DNA of 55,383 nucleotides, from the NCBI GenBank assembly GCA_020061515.1, contig JAGUYC010000050.1, forward strand, positions 1 to 55,383, written 5' to 3'. The translations under genes and the position numbers were made by a program. Each line of letters opens with the position of its first letter. The first letter of the stretch is position 1. Source of the DNA: Gemmatimonadota bacterium (lineage in GTDB: Bacteria; Orphanbacterota; Orphanbacteria; Orphanbacterales; Orphanbacteraceae). The notes beneath the pieces were generated by a model. That model was given only the letters and a program-made list of their open reading frames with translations. It was not told the DNA's origin and did no database searches. Below, in pieces: positions 35,200-40,973 of the stretch.

Positions 35200-36177
35200 T
35201 CAGACCAAATCGAACATGTGGTTCTTGCAGCCGCGGCGCGAACAGATCTGAAGCATTCCGCCTCCGCGGACGATCATCGCCACCATCGGCGCGCCGCAGT
35301 CGGTACAAACCGTCGCGCCCGCGATCTCCGCATGACAATGCGGACAGAAGAAATTCACGATCGTGTCCTTCGGAATCGGGTCCTCCGATTCGACCGAGTA
35401 GCTGCCGTAGAGACTCGACAGCCGCAGCCACCCGTGCTTGTCGGCGAAGGCTGCCGTCACTCGAATCGACGGATGCCCGTCGAGCAGCCTCTCGGGATCC
35501 ATGAAGCTGTGGTTGCACCGCGGGCAGCTGGTTTCGAGCGGGAAGACGCGAATGTCCGTCTCGGCGTCGACCGCGTCCAAACCGGTCTTCGACTTGTCGA
35601 TGATCGACCGAACCTTGGACGCGTTCACCTTCGAAAAGTAGTGGCCGTCGACGACGGCGACCGGGCCGAGAGCGCACGCCCCGAGGCAGTTCACGGTGTG
35701 GAGCGTGAACTCCTTGTCCGCCGTGGTGTCGCCGGCCTTCACGTCCAGCCGCTCCTCGAACTCCCGGGCGACCGCCTGCGCGCCGCGGACATGGCACGCG
35801 GTTCCGAGGCAAACCGAGAGGAGATGCTTCCCTCGCGGCTTCAGGCTGAACGACTTGTAGAAGGTCGCCACGCCGTAGATATCCACGAGGGAGCGGCCCG
35901 TTCGTTCGGCGGTCAGGTTGAGGGCGTGGCGCGGAAGATAGCCGTATTTCGCCTGGACCGCCTCGAGGATCGAGATGATCCCCCCGTGCGCCGATCCGAA
36001 CTTGTCGATGATCCCCGCGAGCGCGCTCGGACGAATCCCCTCGAACTCGTCGCACTCGAAGCGCGGGGAACCGAACGACCTCAAGTACTCGCAGGTCTCC
36101 AGATGGAGACACGTTGCGCACAGCCCCTCCCCCTTGTCGGAAAGGAGCGCCTCCTCGCCTTTCTCCGCTCGGTTCAT
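35200..36177 (-). CDS. NuoE/HydC-like thioredoxin-fold 2Fe-2S protein with N-terminal 4-Cys module and C-terminal Cys-pair (zinc-ribbon-like) domain
   Basis: Internal ATG 36177 lies 1 nt after the upstream stop. N-terminal GLCATCLHLETCEYLRSFGSPRFECDEFEG. NuoE core CLGTACHVRGA…CLGACALGPV. C-terminal CPRC…CPHC…CTDC…CSRRGC. Confidence 0.85.
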   Translation of the reverse strand: MNRAEKGEEALLSDKGEGLCATCLHLETCEYLRSFGSPRFECDEFEGIRPSALAGIIDKFGSAHGGIISILEAVQAKYGYLPRHALNLTAERTGRSLVDIYGVATFYKSFSLKPRGKHLLSVCLGTACHVRGAQAVAREFEERLDVKAGDTTADKEFTLHTVNCLGACALGPVAVVDGHYFSKVNASKVRSIIDKSKTGLDAVDAETDIRVFPLETSCPRCNHSFMDPERLLDGHPSIRVTAAFADKHGWLRLSSLYGSYSVESEDPIPKDTIVNFFCPHCHAEIAGATVCTDCGAPMVAMIVRGGGMLQICSRRGCKNHMFDLV

Positions 36178-36178
36178 T

Positions 36179-36484
36179 TCAGCAATACTCCTCGCAGTGC
36201 CACACACCTCCCTCCGGCTTGGGATAGGTGCAGGTCGCACGGATCGCGCAGTTCTTGCAAAGGCCCTTGTACTTGGTTTCCGCTTCCTGCGGGCTCGGCG
36301 GGAGAGCCTCTTTCTCTTCCTTCGACGAAGAACTCTCAAGGGATCCCACGCGCTCCTCCACGCAGCCCAACACTCCTTCGTGCTCGTCGCAGTAAAAGAG
36401 AGGAGGGCCGAAAAGCTTCAGATAAGAACATGTCTCGGCGTTGTCGCAGGTCGAGCAAATCCCCAGAGGACGTGATGTCTCCAT
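36179..36484 (-). CDS. Small cysteine-rich protein, two copies of the CX2CX5CX11-12C[DE]E module
   Basis: 101 aa from internal ATG 36484; the rest of the listed 294-aa ORF is Arg/Gly junk overlapping 36568..36948. Modules GICSTCDNAETCSYLKLFGPPLFYCDEHEG and GLCKNCAIRATCTYPKPEGGVWHCEEYC. The motif recurs in frame in neighbouring genes, which supports coding. Confidence 0.6.
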   Translation of the reverse strand: METSRPLGICSTCDNAETCSYLKLFGPPLFYCDEHEGVLGCVEERVGSLESSSSKEEKEALPPSPQEAETKYKGLCKNCAIRATCTYPKPEGGVWHCEEYC

Positions 36485-36567
36485 CGGGTCTTCCGCATCC
36501 TTCGGCCGGCCGCCGGCCCGGGACCGGCGACCGGAGGGGGCCACGATCCCCTCTCTCTTTCGCGGAC

Positions 36568-36948
36568 CTACCGAAACTCCTCGCAGAACCACACTCCCTC
36601 CGCCGATTTCGGGTAGGTGCATCCTTCCAGCCGCACGCACGTCCGGCACAACCCCCTCATCTCCCCCACCGGCCAAGCGCCCTCCGGGGCCTCGATCGAG
36701 GCGAGGGACGGCCCGACTCGGGGCCGCTCCGTGGCCGGGCGAATCTCGCCGTAGCCGTCGAACTCCTCGCAGAAGCGGACCGGGAGACCGGGGCTTCTCG
36801 GGAACGTGCACGTGGCGGCGCTGGCGCAGGTGGCGCAGAGACCGCTCCCGCCAAGGACCGGTCGCTCCTCGCGAACCGCTCGTTTCCCTTGCGCGGCGGG
36901 GCTCCTCCGCGCCTTTGCCTTCGTGATCTTCGTCTTCGTGGGGGTCAT
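36568..36948 (-). CDS. Small cysteine-rich protein, two copies of the CX2CX5CX11-12CEEF module
   Basis: 126 aa with GGAGGTG 7 nt upstream of ATG 36948. Modules GLCATCASAATCTFPRSPGLPVRFCEEFDG and GLCRTCVRLEGCTYPKSAEGVWFCEEFR. First gene after the sigma-54 promoter. Confidence 0.6.
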   Translation of the reverse strand: MTPTKTKITKAKARRSPAAQGKRAVREERPVLGGSGLCATCASAATCTFPRSPGLPVRFCEEFDGYGEIRPATERPRVGPSLASIEAPEGAWPVGEMRGLCRTCVRLEGCTYPKSAEGVWFCEEFR

Positions 36949-37018
36949 CGTCGCTCACCTCCGGTTTCGTCTTCCGTGCCGATCCGTTCTTCGGGATCGG
37001 CGCTGCTTCTTGGTAAAG

Positions 37019-37034
37019 GCAAGCGGCATGCCAG
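37019..37034 (-). promoter_or_regulatory. Sigma-54 (-24/-12) promoter of the redox operon
   Basis: The minus strand reads CTGGCAT-GCCGC-TTGC, against the consensus TGGCAC-N5-TTGC, with correct GG/GC spacing. It lies ~70 nt upstream of ATG 36948. A sigma-54-dependent NtrC-type regulator is encoded immediately upstream. Confidence 0.6.
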
Positions 37035-37218
37035 TCGTCCCCGATCGCTCCCCGGAGCGGCACGAAAGGAAGCGGCGATGCAACCTGTTCTTTTGCAGAG
37101 TGTTATGGAATCGTGTGGATGAACGGCCGGGAGCGCGGCGGGTCTCTCCGGACGTCCCCCTGAAGGCCGGGCTGGGGAGATTCTCCCCGCCGGGACGAAC
37201 CGCCCCGTTCGACTCAAT

Positions 37219-37280
37219 GGTGACAGACACCATTTTCGAGAAGATGGTGTCTGTCACCCTACGTCACGGTGTCTGTCACC
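37219..37280. promoter_or_regulatory. Three copies of a 13-mer GGTGTCTGTCACC (one inverted): candidate enhancer-binding sites and/or stem-loop
   Basis: GGTGACAGACACCAT (37219-37233) and ATGGTGTCTGTCACC (37244-37258) form a perfect 15-bp inverted repeat with a 10-nt spacer. GGTGTCTGTCACCCTACGT is directly repeated at 37246-37264 and 37268-37286 (22-bp period). The block lies 185-260 bp upstream of the sigma-54 promoter and abuts the stop codon of the regulator gene. Confidence 0.5.
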
Positions 37281-38627
37281 CTACGTGGCTTCTTGCTTTT
37301 TCTGCTTCTCCCGCAGCGTCTTGCGGTCAATGCCGAGGATCTCCGCCGCTCGGGTCTTGTTTCCCCCGACGCTCGCCAGCACGTTCCGGATGTGCTCCGC
37401 CTCGACCTCCGCCAGAGTCCGGTCCACGCCGGACCCGCGCACCGCCGAGAAGCGGAGATACGGAGGGAGAACGGGAACGTCGATCACGTCCCCTTCGGTC
37501 ATCACCACCAGCCGCTGCACGAGGTTTTCCAGCTCCCGCACGTTGCCCGGCCAGTGATACCGCTTGAGCACGCGGAGCGCCCCGTCGGTGAAGCGCGGAA
37601 CCGGCTGGTTCAGCTCCTTCGAGAACTTCGTGCCGAAATGGTTGATGAGAAGAAGGATGTCGTCTCCCCTCTCGCGCAGGGGCGGAACGGTGATCGTGAT
37701 GACGTTCAGGCGGTAGAAGAGGTCCTCGCGGAAGGAGCCTTTCTTCACCAGCCCGAGGAGGTTCTTGTTCGTGGCCGCGACGATCGCGACATCGACTTTC
37801 CTCGGCCGGCTGGTGCCGACCATGCAGATCTCTTTGGTCTGAAGAACACGGAGCAGCTTCACTTGCATCGACGCGCTCGTCTCGCTGATCTCGTCGAGGA
37901 AGATCGTTCCTCCTTCGGCGGTCGCGAAGAAGCCCGCCCGCGACTCGGACGCGCCCGTGAACGCTCCCTTCACGTAGCCGAAGAGCTCGCTCTCGAGAAG
38001 CCCCTCCGGAATCCCGCCGCAGTTCACCGGAACGAAAGGCGCCGAGGCTCTCGGGCTCTCGTAGTGGATGGCGCGCGCGACCAGCTCCTTCCCCGTCCCG
38101 CTCTCGCCGGTGATGAGGACCGTCGCGGGTGTCCTTGATGCCTTAACGATCGAGTGAAACACCCTGCCCATCACGTCCGACTCTGCGATGAGCCCCTGGG
38201 GACCGGCCGGCTTCGCGCCTGCGCCCGTTCGCGCGCCCCTCCGCGTGCGCAGTCTGTCGAGCCCGCGGCGCACGGCCGTGAAGAGCTCCTCGTCGGTGAA
38301 GGGCTTGGGAAGATATTCGGCCGCCCCGGCCTTCATGGCCTCGACCGCTCCCTCGACCGAGGCGTATCCGGTGATCATCACGATCTCCGTGTCCGCGAAG
38401 TTCTCCCGCACGTGGCGGACAAGATCCGTTCCCGTGATCTTGGGCATCTTGTAGTCCGTGATGACGAGATCGACGGGCGTCTCCTCGAGAATCCGGATCG
38501 CTTCCTCGACTCCCGAAGCCGAGAAGACCAAGTACCCTTGCGCGGTGAGGTTTCTCCGGAGCACCTCGACCGTCACGGGGGAATCGTCGACCACCAGGAT
38601 TCTCTCTTGCTTCTCAGGCTCCGGCAT
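37281..38627 (-). CDS. Sigma-54-dependent response regulator (NtrC family: REC-AAA+-Fis HTH)
   Basis: Receiver domain ILVVDDSP…DLVITDYKMP. AAA+ Walker A GESGTGKE, plus ESELFGYVKGAFTGA (GAFTGA loop). C-terminal HTH NKTRAAEILGIDRKTLREK. Start is ATG 38627 (best SD spacing) or 38636; the listed start 38786 lies inside the kinase gene. Confidence 0.9.
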   Translation of the reverse strand: MPEPEKQERILVVDDSPVTVEVLRRNLTAQGYLVFSASGVEEAIRILEETPVDLVITDYKMPKITGTDLVRHVRENFADTEIVMITGYASVEGAVEAMKAGAAEYLPKPFTDEELFTAVRRGLDRLRTRRGARTGAGAKPAGPQGLIAESDVMGRVFHSIVKASRTPATVLITGESGTGKELVARAIHYESPRASAPFVPVNCGGIPEGLLESELFGYVKGAFTGASESRAGFFATAEGGTIFLDEISETSASMQVKLLRVLQTKEICMVGTSRPRKVDVAIVAATNKNLLGLVKKGSFREDLFYRLNVITITVPPLRERGDDILLLINHFGTKFSKELNQPVPRFTDGALRVLKRYHWPGNVRELENLVQRLVVMTEGDVIDVPVLPPYLRFSAVRGSGVDRTLAEVEAEHIRNVLASVGGNKTRAAEILGIDRKTLREKQKKQEAT

Positions 38628-40305
38628 TCTCGTCATCCTCTCTCGCGGGCTCCGGCCCCGCCGCCGGCAGACGAACCTCGAACCGGGATCCTTCTCCGAC
38701 CTGGCTGAAGACCTCGATTCGGCCTTGATGGCCCGCCACGATCCCCTGGACGACCGGCAAGCCGAGCCCCGTCCCCTCGTCGACATCCTTGGTCGTGAAG
38801 AAGGGGATGAAGATCTTCTCCATCGTCTCCTCGCTCATGCCGATTCCGGTGTCCTCCACGACCAGGCGGATGTGATCGCCCTCCGCGAGCGTGCGAACCG
38901 TCAGACGCCCGCCGTCCGGCATCGCTTGCAGGGCGTTGACCACGAGGTTGACCAGGATCTGGCTCATCTGCGCGGGGTCGGCTTCGATCAGGGGGAGATT
39001 CGGCGAAAGCTCGCGCTCAAGCTCGACGCCGCCCTTCGAGCAGCGCGCCTCGAGGAAGTAGAGGCCCTTCTCGACGACCTCGTTCAGATCGACCGTTCCG
39101 CTCGTGACCGGCGCTTGGCGCGCGAATGTCATCAACTTTCGAATCACTTCCCTCGAATGAAGGCACGCGTCCACGATCTTTCGAAGATCTCCCGCGAGAT
39201 CGCTCGGAAGGGCCGAGTCCTTCTCGGCCAGCTGGGCAAGGCCCAGGATGTTTCCGAGAGGCTCGTTCAGCTCATGCGCCACGTGCGCGGCGAGCTGTCC
39301 GATCGTGGCGAGACGGTCCGCGTGCCGCAGCTGTTCGTGCAGCTTCGTCCTTTCCTCTTCCACCTGCTTTCGCTCGACGATCAACGCCGTCTGCCGCGCC
39401 ACTGCGTCGATCAGCACGCGCTCCTCCCGAAGAAAGGGCCCCTCGTCGAGCTCCGGCTTCTTCGCCGCGTAGACGACCTGCAGGAAGCCCCTGCTTTGGC
39501 CCCCGACCATGATCGACGCGGTCAGGCTGCGCCCCTCCTCGGGGAATCCGGGCGTGGAATAGACGCTCCGGTCCAGGACGATCTTGGCGAACGTGATGAC
39601 CGGGTATTGCCACGCGGGAGGAAGAAGCTCGACGATTCCCCGAAGGATATCCGCGAGCGAGATGCCGGGCGTCGCGGCGAGATTCGCGATTGCGTAGAGG
39701 CAGGTCAACTCCTTGAGCCGCTCCCTGAGCGCGGCCTGGGTTCGCTGACCGGCGAGGGCGATGCCAAGGTTCCGCGCGAAGCGCGTGTAGAGATCGACCG
39801 TCTCTTGATCGAAGAAGCCCCTTCGCTCGCTCTTGAGAACGAGGAAGCCGGTGTCCTTGTCCGCGACGGGAAGAGGAACGATCGCGATCGAATGGAAGCG
39901 GCCGTCGGATGAGAACCGGCGGAGCCGCGCTTTCTCGCCCTCTTTGCGCGCATCGGCGAGATCCGCTTCCGCGTCGGCGGTCCAGAAGACACTCCCCGCG
40001 AACAGCGCGCGATGCTCCTTGCGAAGAGGAGCCATGTGAATCCGGAACGACTCCCCCGCAACTTGCCGGGACTCGCTCCGGACGTGGCTTCCGTCCTCTC
40101 CGAGCCACAGCTCGACCTCTCGGCATCCGGAGAACTCGATCAGGTTCCCGATCACTTCGTGAAGGAAATCGCTCCTCGAGATCGGACGGTTCGCCTTCTG
40201 GAGAATGCGATGCGACAGATCGCGGAATTCCCTCGCCGTCCGGGCGCCCCGCGGCTCGGGGGTCTCTTCACTCGCCGATTCGTTGCGGCCGTTCTTCGCT
40301 TCCAT
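38614..40305 (-). CDS. Cytoplasmic sensor histidine kinase with tandem GAF-like domains
   Basis: 563 aa with no TM segments. H-box LAAHVAHELNEPL, N-box LVNLVVNALQAM, G1 VEDTGIGM, G2 GTGLGLPV. Overlaps the regulator gene start. Confidence 0.85.
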   Translation of the reverse strand: MEAKNGRNESASEETPEPRGARTAREFRDLSHRILQKANRPISRSDFLHEVIGNLIEFSGCREVELWLGEDGSHVRSESRQVAGESFRIHMAPLRKEHRALFAGSVFWTADAEADLADARKEGEKARLRRFSSDGRFHSIAIVPLPVADKDTGFLVLKSERRGFFDQETVDLYTRFARNLGIALAGQRTQAALRERLKELTCLYAIANLAATPGISLADILRGIVELLPPAWQYPVITFAKIVLDRSVYSTPGFPEEGRSLTASIMVGGQSRGFLQVVYAAKKPELDEGPFLREERVLIDAVARQTALIVERKQVEEERTKLHEQLRHADRLATIGQLAAHVAHELNEPLGNILGLAQLAEKDSALPSDLAGDLRKIVDACLHSREVIRKLMTFARQAPVTSGTVDLNEVVEKGLYFLEARCSKGGVELERELSPNLPLIEADPAQMSQILVNLVVNALQAMPDGGRLTVRTLAEGDHIRLVVEDTGIGMSEETMEKIFIPFFTTKDVDEGTGLGLPVVQGIVAGHQGRIEVFSQVGEGSRFEVRLPAAGPEPAREDDENAGA

Positions 40306-40527
40306 CTCCGCCCCGCCGGCATTCCGCGCGCACCGCCCCGCGGCTCCCGACCTCGCAGCCGTCGCGGACTCGCGAGCGGCTCGTGAGTGCTTTCGCGGTC
40401 GAGAATATCACGCGGGGTCGGATTCGGCCAAGGGAGACGGGCCCCCTCGGGGCGGGCTTTCGCCCGCGCGCGGATTGCGCCCGCGGATTTCTTGCGTTAG
40501 GCTTTCGAAAGGAGGAGGCGCTTACGC

Positions 40528-40758
40528 ATGAAGATCACGATCGAATACTGCGTGGTTTGAAACTACGGCCCTCGCGCCGCCGGTCTGGCGAAGCGCATCG
40601 AGCAGGAACTCGGAATCAAGCCAAAGCTGATCGAGGGGAGCGGCGGGATCTTCGACATCCACGCCGACGGAAAAGAGATCTACGCGAAGTCGAAGACCGG
40701 GAGCTTTCCCGTCGACGAGGACGTGATCACGCGCCTGAAGCGCGTGAAGGTCCGATAG
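40528..40758 (+). CDS. selW: SelW/Rdx-family selenoprotein (CxxU redox motif), in-frame UGA at 40558-40560
   Basis: Not in the ORF track. ATG 40528 lies 9 nt after GGAGGAGG. Translation: MKITIEYCVV-U-NYGPRAAGLAKRIEQELGIKPKLIEGSGGIFDIHADGKEIYAKSKTGSFPVDEDVITRLKRVKVR, stop TAG at 40756-40758. It is collinear with SelW/Rdx proteins (…YCxxUxY…, …GxFEVxVxGxLIxSKKxxGxFP…). A SECIS-like hairpin follows the UGA. Confidence 0.8.
40574..40596 (+). other. Bacterial SECIS-like stem-loop
   Basis: GCGCCGCC-GGUCU-GGCG-AA-GCGC: 4+4 bp stem with an AA bulge and apical loop GGUCU, starting 13 nt after the UGA. The loop resembles the GGUCU-containing apical loop of the E. coli fdhF SECIS as I recall it. Confidence 0.6.
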
Positions 40759-40787
40759 AACTGCTTTTCCCTCTCAGGGTCTTCGTT

Positions 40788-40971
40788 GAGCCCGGATTGC
40801 GCGCGCGTTTCCGTAACGAGGATGCGAAGCGTGAGCCGAGAGGCCGACCGGTACGAGCCGCTCCCGGAAGCGTAGCCCGAGCGCCACGCTCTAGGAAGCG
40901 GCGACGGAAGGGAGACCTCTTGAGGCCACGATTCGCAGCCGCAGTAGGAAACGCGCGCGCAATCCGGGCTC
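40788..40971. repeat. Palindromic intergenic repeat element, copy A (184 bp, perfect 25-bp terminal inverted repeats)
   Basis: Left end GAGCCCGGATTGCGCGCGCGTTTCC (40788-40812) is the exact reverse complement of the right end (40947-40971). The internal core …GAGCCGAGAGGCCGACCGGTACGAGCCGCTCCCGGAAGCGTAG…GGAAGCGGCGACGGAAGGGAG…GCCGCAGTAGGAA is shared with copies at 50021-50200 and 50373-50623. Confidence 0.85.
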
Positions 40972-40973
40972 GG

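Noticed and set aside
31983-35504. 1173-aa plus-strand ORF
   Set aside because: Antisense to the NuoF-GltD fusion and the start of the NuoE-like gene. No recognisable motif and extreme Arg/Pro/Asp content.
36967-36981. Second sigma-54-like GGCAC motif (minus strand CGGCAC-GGAAG-ACGA)
   Set aside because: It lacks the -12 GC in register and lies only ~20 nt from the start codon, overlapping the SD region. The site at 37019-37034 fits far better.
36955-37257. ORFs giving MTDTIFSKMVSVT… (minus) and MVTDTIFEKMVSVT… (plus, within 36806..37567)
   Set aside because: Mirror-image peptides produced by the perfect 15-bp inverted repeat. They lie in the promoter/UAS region with no SD and no conservation signal.
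40558-40560. TGA in the SelW-like frame read as a genuine stop (10-aa peptide) or as a pseudogene lesion
   Set aside because: The TGA falls exactly at the U/C position of the CxxU redox motif. The downstream 66 codons stay open and family-like, and a SECIS-like hairpin follows at the expected distance. Recoding is the more economical reading, though it needs the Sec machinery to be confirmed elsewhere.
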